This document shows, one piece after another, positions 1 through 14,186 of a stretch of DNA of 64,000 bases. The position numbers were made by a program, and so were the translations under genes. Source of the DNA: Spironucleus salmonicida (lineage: Eukaryota); NCBI RefSeq assembly GCF_000497125.1, contig NC_090600.1, positions 372,001 to 436,000 of the forward strand. Direction: 5' to 3'. Within the stretch, counting starts at the first letter, position 1, and the number at the start of each line of letters is the position of its first letter. Under the pieces are notes generated by a model that was given only the letters and a program-made list of their open reading frames with translations, made no database searches and was not told the origin of the DNA.

Positions 1-218
1 AAATTTAGTTGTAAGCTTACATTTAATAAAGATAAATAATCGTTTAAGAATAGTAAAGAATTTATTATTTGTCCTAAGTTATATATTTATATTAGTAAGA
101 CTTTATAAATATAGAGATATGCATAGATAGAATTTAGGCTATGATCTCTATTGGATGATGTTTTAAGAAATAATTATCATTAATATATTAATAATTTAAC
201 CTAAGAATATATTAGTTT

Positions 219-1688
219 TCAATAATATAAATCATTATAGATTTTATTATTTTCCATAGAACTTATTAGTACCTAGAAATTGGCGTGCTTTATTTCATCG
301 TCCTTAGGCGGGGACACGACTGCCTGCTTTCTCTTCTTGACTATGAAGTACGCGCCTGCGCCAGCTACCAGGCCGATAGCAGCCACGACGCCGACCACAA
401 TCCCAACAATGGACCCGGTGTTCGAATTGTTCTGGGTTGGAATGCACAGACCGCCGGTGCTCTGGAAAGTAGGATAGCAGTGCGTGCATGTGTTAGCGTC
501 CGGGCAGTATTAGCAGTTCCTGGGGCAGCTGGAGCACTTGCTGCTGTCAACAAACATCCCGTCGACGCACTGATCGCATTGCATCGCGCTGCTGCAGAAC
601 GCGCAGTCCTTTTAGCATTTCTCGCACACGCTCCCCGAGCCCTCGCTGGAACAGTAAAAGCTCTGGGGGCAAGGCTTGCTGTTAGAGCATTGCAGTTTCG
701 AGCATTTTTTGGCAGGGCTAAGGTCGTACCCATCCTTGCACTCGGTGCAGATATCTTTATCAGAACAGACATCGCAACCTTCTGTGCAGGCCTTGCAGTC
801 ACCACTTTCTAAAAAGGCGCCACCTTGACATGACGAGCAAGATGCTGCGCTTATGCATGAGGCACACCCGTCCTTGCAGCTCTGGCATGTATTTAGGGGG
901 CTGTTGGTATTGCAGAACTTTTTGGGTGCGCACGGATTGAAACTATTGCACTCGTTCTTAACACATTTGTCGTTTTGGAGGTCAAATCCTGGCTGGCAAA
1001 GACCGCAAGCGGCGGCTGATATGCATCCAAGGCAGTTTTCAGTGCACATAGTGCATTTACCTGCTTCCAAATAATTTCCACTTTTGCATGAAGTGCAGAT
1101 GGATGAATCAGAGCAAACCTCGCAATTGCTGGGGCAGGCCTAGCATTGTTATTCCTTCAGTACGAAGGCCGCCTAGCACTTGGCGCAGACTCCAGCAGAC
1201 GAGCAGGTGAGGCAGTTGGAAGGGCACGCTACACAGGCACTTCCGCCGAGGACGTACCCGGCCTGGCACTCCGAGCACGTCCTGGCATCCGAACATTTGC
1301 TGCACCCACTGCTACAGGCGGAGCACATGAACTAGTCGTTGTGGAAGTACCCAGTGGCACATACACTGCATTTTACTGAGTCAAAGCAGTCCTCACAGTG
1401 GCTGGAGCAACGTATGCATGAGATTCCGGTGAAATGGTAGCCCGCGGAGCACGACGTGCAGTCTATATCGTTGGCGCACGTTTTGCAGCCAGTTTTGCAG
1501 ACCCGGCAGTTGTCCCCGCTCTTGTAGTACCCCGAACTGCATTACTGACATGTATCCATATTGGAAATGCTGCATTTATCACAGTTATATTATCTGCAAC
1601 TTTAGCAAATTTCAGGATTGAGGCTATCTCGGGTTGGACAAACAGTTCCAGCAGGACATAGATTTGTGGGACATATAAATTTCTACAT
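219..1688 (-). CDS. Cysteine-rich membrane protein (CxxC/furin-like repeats, C-terminal TM, short tail); inverted copy of 7832-9292 with different termini
   Basis: Table 6 ORF MQKFICPTNLCPAGTVC... with CxxC repeats, TM GSIVGIVVGVVAAIGLVAGAGAYFIV-KKRK, TGA at 219-221. Alternative in-frame ATG at 1739. Confidence 0.85.
279..1674 (-). repeat. Inverted duplication unit A (partner about 7846-9241)
   Basis: About 1.4 kb reverse-complement identity with only a few substitutions; mirror coordinates sum to 9520. Confidence 0.95.
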
Positions 1689-2770
1689 TTATAACCTTGG
1701 TAATCGGAACTAAAGTTTTAACCATAAAAATAGTGGCATGCAAATAAATATACTATATTTTATAAAATAAACATTATTACTTAATATTTTGTTTATTATA
1801 AATTCAAATGTAATTTTTATATGTAAATTGCTATAGCTACATTATAATTCTATTTAATAATATACTTCAAATATGTACTTAAGCCTTATTGGATGAATGT
1901 GAAACTAATTTGTATAGTTCGTGTAAATTAAATTCAATAATTTTATTCGCGAATAATTTGTTGAAATTTAAAATAATAAGGCGCGTTAATAGTTAATGAC
2001 ATAAGAACTATACATTAAAAAATCATATATTATATAGATAATATATAAAGTTTAGAATAAGAGAATATTATTCTTTAATATTACAGTAATTATATTTATT
2101 ATGCTAATTTTTATAATATAAAATAGATAAATTATTACAGACTAAATAAATGAGTGACATTATTGATACTATAAAATGAGTTATTTAAAATTATTTATAA
2201 AAGTTAATAATACTTCGATTATTTATTAATAAAATAAAGTTTGGTGTCATCACTATTAAAATAAAATGAAGACTTAAGAAAAGGAATTTATAGATATTGT
2301 GATATAACTTAAACTGAGTTAATATTAGTTTAATAATATATTAAACTTGTAAATTTTTGGTAACATGGTGGTTATTAGAAAAATCTTAGGAATTTAAATG
2401 TTGATATTAATCTATATTAACATATATAACGAGTACTTGATATTTAATAAATAATATAATTTATACAATAGACATACCATTTAAGAAAAAGACAAATTTT
2501 ATTACTAATTGGATTTTTCTTTTCTTAGAATGTACCAGTAATATTTAATAGTGAAATTTTAAACTATAATGAAAATATTAAACATAATTTAGATTCATGT
2601 AAACTATTTTTTTACAAATAAAATCTAACGTATCAACAAATATTATGACTTCAAAACTTTATTTTTCCTAGTATATAAAAAAATACTTTAATACTATAAA
2701 TGTTTAATTATTTAAAAAGTAACCTTTTAAGACAGATTATTCTTTATTCAAAAAAGCAGATATTTTAGAT

Positions 2771-2947
2771 TCACTTATTATTTTAATGAATTTGCTATAT
2801 ATTCATCAAAACAATTTAATAACCCGGTGCATTAAGCACTAAGTTAGGAAATTTTGATCTTTGCACACTAGAAGACGAAACTAATTGCGATAATTGATAA
2901 ATCCTGAAATTCAATATTTCGGAGTAATGATCCTTAAATTACTTCAT
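2771..2947 (-). CDS. Small hypothetical protein (58 aa)
   Basis: MKQFKDHYSEILNFRIYQLSQL...QNNK*, stop within AGTGA; no recognisable domain. Confidence 0.35.
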
Positions 2948-2967
2948 TGCAGTGTTAAATCGCTCTC

Positions 2968-3948
2968 TCATATCTTCCAATCGTCATGAATCTCGTCGCT
3001 AAGCTCTAAATCGTCCGTCAAAAATTTTTCCTTAAATTTTTAAACACAGAAATTGAACATTTAGCACGAATCGAACCCTTAAAACTAAATTATGCCCCCA
3101 ATAGCCTTAGAACACTCAATTTCGTCCCGGAACATTTCCATATCACCGGCCAATTATTCTTCAAAGGTAACCTGCCGCAAAGCGTCTGCAATCGCTAAAG
3201 GAAGCTCCAAACGCTCTTAATCTGCCCGCTCTAAGCACATTTCGATCGCCCAATGCAGCAAACTCCGTCGGTCCATTTTTCGACAAATTTCGCCTGAAAA
3301 TGTCTGAATTTCAAGTAGAATTTGTAGTAAAAATTAAGCGGATTTTGCTTATATTTGCAAATTCTATTGCGACACATCGACCAAAAATGTGATAGCAGGG
3401 CCGCTTTTCATACTAAAATTTGCTTTTTGGAGCGAAAAAGTTTGGCTAAAAATAGACTGTAAGAACACAATCGGCGTCGTTTAAAAGAAACTGGAAGCTT
3501 GATTTATGAGCGGGAGAAGAGTATTGTAGGAGTTACACAAGTCAGAAATAGAGTTGCATTTAGCACCTATTAGAGCTGCCGTATTGGCTAAAAATGCGAG
3601 GTCTGGGAGTTCATTATTATGCATTTCTAGCTTATTAAGAGAAATTAAAATGTTGTCTCCTGAGGACCCGTAGATTTCGATTTCCCGCAATTTTATGATT
3701 TGCGCGAACTTGCTAAGCTTGAAAGTAAAGGTCTGAACGTTAAATTGATCATCGCCGCAAATATGCGAAAAGGGGTCATTTAGGCGGTTTTTTGGTGTTG
3801 GGAGCTATTCCTGGTTGGTGTCAAAAGAAAATAGGAAATCAGAAATAGAACAGTCTAGAATATCATAAATGTCGTTTAAAAATATCATCATCTCGAATTT
3901 CGACTAGACAGGTAAATTAGTGATTTCATGAAAAATTTGCAATGACAT
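2968..3948 (-). CDS. Hypothetical protein (326 aa)
   Basis: Continuous table 6 ORF MSLQIFHEITNLPV...IHDDWKI*, includes track ORF 3481-3690; GC higher than flanks. Confidence 0.75.
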
Positions 3949-5067
3949 TAATTATGAAACAGAGGATTATATATATTAATGCTAATATTTATTTTATGGA
4001 ATATCAGATTTGGTTTATATAAATAATGAATGTCGATGAGGGTGATAGGTCTATATATGTAAGTATAAAATGACTAGGAGCGTTTTGGCTATTTGAATAT
4101 TATGTATATGTTTGTGTATTCTAGTGATAATATCTGATGCAATGGCAAAATTAATCTATGAATATATGCAGTAATTCTTGGATTTTAGCAAGGTATTGCC
4201 CCTTAAAATCATATAAAAATTATATCATGTTGAGAAGTTAAGATAATTATAATATTACGCTGATTTTATACAGTTTTGAAATGTGATTACTTTAAATTAA
4301 TGGATACATGTAACGTTATTTATCATTTTTCCAGTAATAACATGAATATTACTCAAGAATAATTAATAATTTTTTGTTATAAAACAATATGTAATCCTGT
4401 TAGTAAAAATAAAGATCTTTAAGGGTTATATTATCTAAAAACTACATTTATATTTAAACTAAAAATTAACTGTACTCATATATGTTTAAGTTTTTAGATA
4501 CGATTATTTTACATATTATTGTATTTAATATACTTATATAATAATTTACGCCAAGATAAATAAATAAAGCAATACAGTATGAAGACTAATAATTAATAGA
4601 ATATATTCATTATGTAATTAATTATTTACATTACAATTTAATGAAAAAGCTAATTAAATTAATATCTTTCATATCTTGTAATTTGTTGTTTTTAATCACA
4701 TTTGTAAGTTTTAATATAAAATATTAATATTAAGATAAATATCAGTAACAAAAATATTTTACACTACTTTTAAAACTTTTACATATATTAATTTGTTTTC
4801 ACTATTGAATAAGAGAATACTTTATTGCACTGTTAAGACTATTTTAATTTTAATAACGTTTATTAATAATAATGTTCTGGAATTATGCTAAGATGTAATA
4901 TTACTATGTATTATCTAATTTTTAGGATTATAAGCAAGCTAAAATTAAATTTTATTCTTATAATTATCTGTTACATATAATTATAAATGTGCGACGATTT
5001 ATTCTTTCAAAATATAAATCTCTATAATAGTTATGATAATTAATATAATAATTTCTAATTTCTAATA

Positions 5068-6639
5068 ATGTTGCTAATTATTATGTAAGACTAAATTCAC
5101 TGCTTTGATGAGGATTCTTCCCTAATTGGAAGACTCTAAAGATCCCAGTTTTATATGCATCTTTCTCCTACCAAAAACTAAGCATTACACTGCTTAGCTT
5201 TTAATAATACCATATCCATAGCCACACTGCATTATGTTTAAGATGGAACCGTTTAAAGCTTATCAACAGACTTTACATATCAAAGTGGGATACCATTGGA
5301 AATAACCTTTAATGATGTCAAAACGGCGTAGTTCAACTTCATGACAGAGCTTTCTATAATATCATATGAAATTGTCTTAGGAAAAGAGCTATCCGTCCCA
5401 GGTACTTTTAGCTTAATTTAACACACTATGGTTAACACATCAAATTGCTGGAATAACGTAACTCTTGTGTACAACCGCTCCAGAAACTCATACCTGAGTA
5501 TTAACGCAGACCCGAACGACTGCCAGATCAGCACACCCGCTGTGGAGTTCCAGTACCAGGTAAACAGCACTTGGATTTCCATCCCTATCGCCCCAAACTC
5601 ATCGTCGCCAGCCACCTACTACAAGCTCCCCTTCGTGCACCTGGACACCCACAACTACCAAATTTTCGCAGAAACGTCGTCTGCAGATATTTAATAATCA
5701 CTATTAAGTTTCTTCAAATAGTTTCAGAAAGATCGCCAGTTGAAGATGAGACTTTCACTAAACTATACGTAATCTGGTTCGAGTCTTAGCTAATAAATCT
5801 TTGGAGAGGTAACATAGATATAGACAGATACAAATAACTGTATCACTGATCTAAATCTAATAACCATAGTAACATCGACGTCCATCTCAAACATAGCTGA
5901 TCTTTCAACCTTGGAAATATGTATTAGCAGCAGCTTTATCATGGCAACAAGTGTATTTTAGAAAACGTAATAGATAAAACAAGAGACAACAAATGGTTTC
6001 GCAGCGAGAACAGGGATTGTATTCTATTTCGATGTTGATAATATGTCTTTATTGACGCAAAATTTAACTGGGCAAACTTAATAACTATTTATAAGCTTTT
6101 ATGACTCAAACCAGGATATTATTTCAGAGTAAACAATTGAATATGCACCCATTCAGTCCTGTTTTTATAAAATTATTACTTAAGTAAGCTTCAAGGATAC
6201 TTGCATAATCGTATTCCCAACTTTGACCCCGGAGTGCTTAGATAAATACAAAGATGGAGTGCTAACCTAGCAGCAGGAGGTTTTGTAAATGACGTCCGAC
6301 ACACAGTCAAGAATTCAATTCTAAGTATATAAGAAGAGGTTAGTAATCTAGAATAAGAGCTTTTTTACTGAGTGCTTTAGTGAAGCTGATACGATTGAAG
6401 ATAGCCAATTTCCATTCTTTCCTGGAGACTACCATGTCCGGCAAAAGGGCTTTATACAAGAGCTTAAAAAATCATTTATAACGCGTATTTTTATTACTAA
6501 CGAGTACGACTATCAGCTTAGTCTGAATGTCATAGTAGACCAAAAAAGTATTATTTTGATTTACTTTTGGGTAATCATAAGCTTGATAACTATCGTTGCA
6601 GTGGTAGCAACAAGTGTACTTGCATTAAGATAGTAATGA
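5068..6639 (+). CDS. Single-pass membrane protein (523 aa), short hydrophobic N-terminus and C-terminal TM
   Basis: MLLIIMQDQIHCFDEDS...IILIYFWVIISLITIVAVVATSVLALRQQ*; includes track ORF 5428-5694. Confidence 0.8.
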
Positions 6640-7831
6640 AGTAAATGAGATATTGGAGTGATGCTCTACATATCTAATGTCAAGCTATCTTTGTATAGTA
6701 TTATTGTTTCAAATTTCATATATGATTACTTATTTAAAATAAAAATATAAGCAACATAGACTATACAGGCAGTATGCTGCTAGCATAGATCAAATGTACC
6801 TGTTTAGTATCAAGCAAGGTTCTATTACTCGTTTGAGTATATCGGCAATAAGGTGTGGTAAATCGTGGTAATGGTTAGTAACACGGCGCATCGAGTATAA
6901 GTATGACGCATAAAATATAATATAGGAAATATCGTAAAATAGAAATAGTAGTCAGCAAAACGCATCCATCCACCATTTTAACTAGACAAGTAGACTCAAG
7001 TATAATATATAGCATTTTATATAAAATATTATTAACTCCTCTAAAATGCCTTTATATAAAATATTTCGGCGGCAATAGAGATAATTAGATTATATGCCAC
7101 TTGCTCCCCATTGCTTAAATAATAACTATACTAACATCATACTATATTTTTGGTGATATACTGGATTACGAATTGTTCATTAAGTTTTAAAGTTAAGCAT
7201 CTATTTAGATATTTAGCGAAATTGTAAGTTTATAATGGACGTGTTTTAGTATGTATATAGATTGCCTTACGCGTTATCAATATATTTATAAGTATGCATT
7301 TATTTGTTGATATTGTTTCATGTAGAATTTCTCTAATCTTCACGAAATATATTTTAGTCTTATAAATGCAGAACTTTATACTTTCTTTAATTATATCATA
7401 TAGTTTTAGTCAGATTTTTAGGTGATAGGCGTAACCTGGGCAACACTCGCACTACCTCGACTTAGTGTTTTGAATATATTACGCTCCGCAATATACTTTT
7501 TGCAATATTAGAGAAGTGTAGAGGTTATTCAATCAGATATTTGGATAAGCACTTCATTTGTAACATAAACTAATTCAATATGCATCTACTAAATAATTAG
7601 TATTTTCGAAACTCAAAAATTTAGTTTATTAATACTATATTAACATATAGTTTAGTTTTGGTAGTTTGAGTAAAAGGTTTGCCTCTATAACTGATATTTA
7701 CTAAAGATTTATATATTTGTATAATTGATATTAATATAGTAGTTTTAATCTTTATAAAATCAAAAAAATAATGTTTAATATTTAATATTTTGGGTTTAAT
7801 ATTACATCTTTTTGCTCCTGTTCATTTTAAA

Positions 7832-9292
7832 ATGTCGGGTTTTCAATGTCCCACAAATCCATGTCCTGCTGGAACTGTTTGTCCAACCCGAGATAGCCTC
7901 AATCCTGAAATTTGCTAAAGTTGCAGATAATATAACTGTGATAAATGCAGCATTTCCAATATGGATACATGTCAGTAATGCAGTTCGGGGTACTACAAGA
8001 GCGGGGACAACTGCCGGGTCTGCAAAACTGGCTGCAAAACGTGCGCCAACGATATAGACTGCACGTCGTGCTCCGCGGGCTACCATTTCACCGGAATCTC
8101 ATGCATACGTTGCTCCAGCCACTGTGAGGACTGCTTTGACTCAGTAAAATGCAGTGTATGTGCCACTGGGTACTTCCACAACGACTAGTTCATGTGCTCC
8201 GCCTGTAGCAGTGGGTGCAGCAAATGTTCGGATGCCAGGACGTGCTCGGAGTGCCAGGCCGGGTACGTCCTCGGCGGAAGTGCCTGTGTAGCGTGCCCTT
8301 CCAACTGCCTCACCTGCTCGTCTGCTGGACTCTGCGCCAAGTGCTAGGCGGCCTTCGTGCTGAAGGAATAACAATGCTAGGCCTGCCCCAGCAATTGCGA
8401 GGTTTGCTCTGATTCATCCATCTGCACTTCATGCAAAAGTGGAAATTATTTGGAAGCAGGTAAATGCACTATGTGCACTGAAAACTGCCTTGGATGCATA
8501 TCAGCCGCCGCTTGCGGTCTTTGCCAGCCAGGATTTGACCTCCAAAACGACAAATGTGTTAAGAACGAGTGCAATAGTTTCAATCCGTGCGCACCCAAAA
8601 AGTTCTGCAATACCAACAGCCCCCTAAATACATGCCAGAGCTGCAAGGACGGGTGTGCCTCATGCATAAGCGCAGCATCTTGCTCGTCATGTCAAGGTGG
8701 CGCCTTTTTAGAAAGTGGTGACTGCAAGGCCTGCACAGAAGGTTGCGATGTCTGTTCTGATAAAGATATCTGCACCGAGTGCAAGGATGGGTACGACCTT
8801 AGCCCTGCCAAAAAATGCTCGAAACTGCAATGCTCTAACAGCAAGCCTTGCCCCCAGAGCTTTTACTGTTCCAGCGAGGGCTCGGGGAGCGTGTGCGAGA
8901 AATGCTAAAAGGACTGCGCGTTCTGCAGCAGCGCGATGCAATGCGATCAGTGCGTCGACGGGATGTTTGTTGACAGCAGCAAGTGCTCCAGCTGCCCCAG
9001 GAACTGCTAATACTGCCCGGACGCTAACACATGCACGCACTGCTATCCTACTTTCCAGAGCACCGGCGGTCTGTGCATTCCAACCCAGAACAATTCGAAC
9101 ACCGGGTCCATTGTTGGGATTGTGGTCGGCGTCGTGGCTGCTATCGGCCTGGTAGCTGGCGCAGGCGCGTACTTCATAGTCAAGAAGAGAAAGCAGGCAG
9201 TCGTGTCCCCGCCTAAGGACGATGAAATAAAGCACGCCAATCTATAAATGTTATAGGAATAAAATATTATTTTATAAAAGAGGTAATAGTGA
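7832..9292 (+). CDS. Cysteine-rich membrane protein (486 aa)
   Basis: MSGFQCPTNPCPAGTVC..., many CxxC motifs, TM then KKRK, ends LQKRQQ* with the stop in AGTGA. Confidence 0.9.
7846..9241 (+). repeat. Inverted duplication unit A' (partner 279-1674)
   Basis: Direct comparison of the two copies. Confidence 0.95.
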
Positions 9293-10435
9293 TGCATTTG
9301 TTAAGATTATCACTTTGTAAAGCAAGCTGAAGAATATTTAATGTGCAAGTAGAAAGTATATTGTTATTTTATTCATAGGGAAATTATTATAGATAAGGAT
9401 ATAGTATACAACTGAGATAGATTTTATTTTCGTTCCTAATTGAGCTGGTAACACCTAGTTGGTCATTATGCAGATTTAGACTCGGTCAACTATTTCTCTT
9501 ATTCTAGCATGGGTTATCAGAATATGCAGATGTGTTAAATGTTTACAGTTCCTCCATTAATATGGGAAATTCGGATTCAATTGGTATAAATAATAGGTGT
9601 TCTAAGCTAATTTATTATCATGTTGCGCTTAGCATCAGCAATGGATAATTGTCGTTATAACTATATTTAGCATTTGAAGCAGTATAACGTCATTCACTAA
9701 TGCTCGTTAATTTCTATAGTTCAACCATATCTTTAGTTTTATTATCAAACTAGTTCCAACAAATAATATTATTTATGAGATTATAACTAGGTTTCCAAAT
9801 TGTTTATTAACTTGAATTTATTAAAGCAAATAATATGAATAAGTGCAGGCACCGTAATATATAATTGAAATTATAAAAATCAGGTAGTAGCTAGATTATT
9901 ATTCTAAAATTTTAACATATTTCATTGTAGCTATTCGTTTGTAATTTATAGTTTTAGCGCAATTTGTAAGATATTTAATAACATTTATTTCACCAATAAA
10001 ATTTGAATTTATTTGAATATTAGTTAAACTTATTTTAATAGTGTTGCCAAATTAAATATTCGTGGGTTTATAATTATTAAAAATGAAAGCTAATTGCTAT
10101 GAAATACTATCATTTATATCAATAATATGGTATTATATATAAAAGATTAATTTGCTTCGCAATACCAATAATACATTATTATATTCACTAAATAGTTATG
10201 AATCTATGATACCTACTACAAAATATAATTTCATGAATTTGTAATTTGCTGTAGCATAAGCTATTATACTCAAATTTTTATTTAATAATTCAAATAGAAT
10301 ATCAAAATAGGGGTTCCATTACAAATCATTATTCTGAAGTCAAATTAATTTTATCTTATAAACATATTATTTGATTGAGATGAAATAATGAAGCAGGGTA
10401 TTAACCCAATACTAATTATATTTAGTATGGAAATT

Positions 10436-10612
10436 TCAAAATGATGATTCTTCTAATACCATACACTCTCCTACCTCAGGTCTGAACGAATTCCAGTCAA
10501 CTTCCTAGGAATCAGAAGCATCTAATATACATTTTATAGGACAATTGAATACAGTTTTGGTTAAATTATAAGATGTATGCTGTATTTTTTTGTTTCTACG
10601 TATTGGTCTCAT
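10436..10612 (-). CDS. Possible small protein (58 aa)
   Basis: MRPIRRNKKIQHTSYNL...DWNSFRPEVGECMVLEESSF*, preceded by a pyrimidine-rich tract; no domain recognised. Confidence 0.3.
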
Positions 10613-11570
10613 TGTAACTAGGAAACGGAAAAGGAATTCTATTCGTCATATTTGTGATAATTTACGAATACATAGAAAAATAGAGTATGATAGTTCTGTA
10701 ATTATATTATACTACTATATAATCCTTATAAACATTAATAAACATAATCTGGTAGAAAATTTCTATTTGCTTTACATTAAATTGATTTATTTATCTTATT
10801 GTTTACGCTACTTATTTTCCAGAATAACTACTTTATCATTATATTTGAGAATGTATAATTTTTTCTTTACTTTCCGTATTTATAAAGTAGTTATAGAAGA
10901 TATAAAAGGTATTAGATGTTTTGATAATTATTTTGGCAATTAGTTTAATTTGACATATTAAATTAGTATGATGTGTTTCTTGTTCTTACTATATAATTTA
11001 TATATAATTTTTATAAATATTAATATCACTAATTTATATATTAGTCAATTTTATGTATAAAAACTTTATTACCAAATAATATCCAGTAGTAAAGAATAAC
11101 AGCGAATTAAATTATTTAGCCATCTAAATAAAATATAAAATATAAATGTATTTGTATTATTTATCATGCGGTTGTTATTTCTTAATACTTAATTCTTATA
11201 TGTCTATATGTAAAACAATTACACAAAATGAATAAATTATATTATTATACAATAATTTTTGAATTTTCTTATATACTAGTCTCTTATGATTCTAAATATA
11301 GTTATAACTATTACTATAGATTATGAATTTAGATAAACATTAGACTATTATTATATAAAACTAAGTTAATTATATTTTCCTGGCTATTTTTCCACTTTCT
11401 GTTAAACTTAGTGTTAATTATATTTATGATCTAGATTAAATTTTATAGCGACATTTGTAAATTATTTAAGAATTTTGAATAATTATTAAATACTCGATTA
11501 CTTATAAATTATTTATATAAATACCATTCCCGTTAAAATTACACAAATCTATCCACTTCATCTATTTTTA

Positions 11571-11936
11571 ATGCCAGTAGAATGCGTAAAATCAGTAACA
11601 AAGGCAATCGGACCCTTCTCACCTGCATGTAAGACTGGAAATTTAATATTTGTATCGGGATAATTGGGTTGGAAGGACGGTGTACTTGGAGCTACTATTG
11701 AGGAACAGACAATAAACGCTTTAGCAAATTTGAAAAGTGTTCTTGAACTTGCTGGAAGCTCCATGTCACAAGTTGCAAAAACTGAAGTTTTGCTCAAAAA
11801 TATATCTGATTTTGCTGCAGTAAATGCAATTTATGCTGAAGCTTTTGGCGATCATAAGCCGGCAAGAATCTGCGTAGAAGTTGCCAAGCTTCCCATGGAT
11901 GCTTTAGTCGAAATTGACGCAATTGCAGCAGAGTGA
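11571..11936 (+). CDS. ridA: RidA/YjgF/UK114 family reactive intermediate deaminase
   Basis: AIGPFSPA...LIFVSG(TAA=Q)LG...FAAVNAIYAEAF..HKPARICVEVAKLPMDALVEIDAIA; stop in AGTGA. Confidence 0.95.
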
Positions 11937-12035
11937 TGCTAACATAATTATTCATTATAATGTTGAATCTTATTTACAATCTAAATTTTTAATATTTTAC
12001 TATATAGATTTACAATTCACGTCCGCTCTCACAAA

Positions 12036-13349
12036 ATGACTTAAGTGGAAGATGCTCCGAAAAAGGTGCAAAATTACATTATTGGCGAGCAGTTAGGCAA
12101 AGGAACTTATGCGAAGGTATATTTGGTAACTGACGAGAATACAGGGCTCAAGTACGCTATGAAGGTCATCAAGCGCCAGTCTCTATCTGAAACTGCGCTG
12201 CAGCGCTTGCAACGTGAGATAGCCATCATGCAGGCGCTAAAGCACCCGAATACAGTTCATCTGTATAATATCCTGCAGAACTCCTCTAGGTTCATGCTCG
12301 TTATGGACTTCATCCCCAGGGGTGAGCTTCTGCAGTCGATTAGGGCACCCCTGCCTGAAGCGCTAGCTGCACTTTATTTCACACAGATTGCTGCCACGGT
12401 GCGCTACTTTCACCAGCTGGGCATCTAGCATCGAGATCTCAAGTTCGAGAATGTGCTCCTTGCCGACGATTCGAAAGTGTACGTTGCTGATTTCGGGCTC
12501 GGGGCGGTGTCCAATTCCCCGGACAAGACTTTCTTCACGTGCAAGACGACCTGCGGTTCCCCGCACTACATCGCCCCTGAGGTCGCCGACGCTGAGAAGT
12601 ACGACGGTCGGCGGGCAGATATCTGGAGTCTAGGTATTCTTCTCTTCACAATGCTGGCTTTCAAGTTCCCATTCAACGGCACCGACGTGCGTGAGATCTT
12701 CGAGAACGCGAGGACCTGCAACTACCAGTATCCGGAGTTCTTCACCCAGGAGGCCCGGAACCTGATCTCCTCTATCCTAGTCAAGGATCCCGAGAAGCGT
12801 GCTACCATAGAGGAGATATTCGATAGTACCTTCTTCCAGAAATACGCCCAGGTGGACAGCGAAAAGGGTGAAATTACGACTGGTACCCTGGTCGTTCCGT
12901 TTAGACCAGACTAGAACAAGCAGAAGGAGTTAGAAACGCTTCATAAGATTCTGAAGATCGACTCTCAACCAGTGCAGCAGTCCCCAGACTCATGCCCCTT
13001 CTGTGATTTTGCTCTCAAGGTACCTCCCAAGAACGATGTTATCGGCTTTGATGTGAAGAAGGCGTTCGCCATGCCAAACGTAAAATCCCCTAAGGGAGCG
13101 CTGGCAGCCGTGTGCGCAGCTCTTAGAGGAGTGTCGGACACTCAGATCAGCGTTGTCATGCACAAATTTTTGGTAAGAATCGAGGGGGTAGAGATTCGCC
13201 TTTTCAGCCCAAGCCAGGGCAAGTACTATGGTAGTATCGGCTGCAAGGACATCGATATCCAGAAAAAATTCAACGCCGGCCTATTGAAGGCGATCAGTGC
13301 GGGCGTGGGCTTCACTGAGGTTGAGAATGTCAAGGTTATGTGCGAGTGA
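12036..13349 (+). CDS. Ser/Thr protein kinase, CAMK/CAMKL (SNF1/CIPK-like), 437 aa
   Basis: LGKGTYAKV, AMKVI, (TAG=Q)HRDLKFEN, DFG, TTCGSPHYIAPE, DIWSLG; joins track ORFs 12045, 12453 and 12972. Confidence 0.95.
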
Positions 13350-13591
13350 AGTATTCTGGGACTGGTTATTAGTTATATCAATTTAACTTATTAGATAAAC
13401 TTGATTTATTGTAATATTAATAATCCTTACAGTCACGGTACACTTAGTAGAAATAAATCGTTAAAAAAGTCGGCTGACTAATGCACGTTATAATATATAT
13501 AAGATATTCTATAATGTTTGACTAAAAAACCTACAATTTCTATTATTATATATTATTAAATATGATATAGTCTAAAATCCTTTCACAAATT

Positions 13592-14032
13592 ATGGAATTT
13601 GAACTGTCTGATCCGGGCCAGGATTTTGGCGATGAATCATTACTCATACCGTTCAGATTAACATAGTCTGCCCCTAATATGATGGCATCATCATCGTAAT
13701 TCTAACCAAACTTAAAAACTACAAGGCTTTGGTCTGCTTTTGAAAATGAAACACTACTTAAAATTGTACCTGACACCACAAAAAGAAACTGGAATGAGAT
13801 AGCAAACCAGTTATCATAAATGACTAACACGTCTTTAAAATCTGCTTCATAAGTATCATAACATTATAGGCGAACAATCTTGGCTGATAAAAGAAATTGG
13901 ACATAAGAAGAAGATGATTCATTGTTACATTTAGTATAACATAATGGAAATTAGTGGAGTGTCATTGCTTAAAATTTTGTTGGACGAAGCGACCTATAAG
14001 TAAAATATAGATACAAATGTATTTCAAAGTGA
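13592..14032 (+). CDS. Myb-like DNA-binding protein (two Myb repeats)
   Basis: WSAFENETL...NWNEIA and WTQEEDDSLLHLVQHNGNQWSVIAQNFVGRSDLQVKYRY; upstream in-frame ATGs at 13514 and 13562 make the start uncertain. Confidence 0.9.
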
Positions 14033-14186
14033 TTTTATTATATTATTTCGAATTTATATAAGTTTTATGCAGTTTATATAGCATAAACTTCATATCATGT
14101 TATATTCAATGAATTTAGTCAAGATTAAGCATTTAATTTGTTAACTGTCTTATTTATTATATCATATTAAGGATATATTTTCTAAA

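Noticed and set aside
280-1661. Overlapping track ORFs such as 285-812(+), 365-805(-) and their mirrors at 7802-9297
   Set aside because: Shadow or antisense frames of the GC-rich Cys-rich genes; the true frame is continuous in table 6.
9300-10430. Various long open frames in AT-rich DNA (also 6700-7110, 29800-30400 and track ORF 10590-10943)
   Set aside because: With one stop codon, long frames arise by chance; no consistent start, domain or compositional support.
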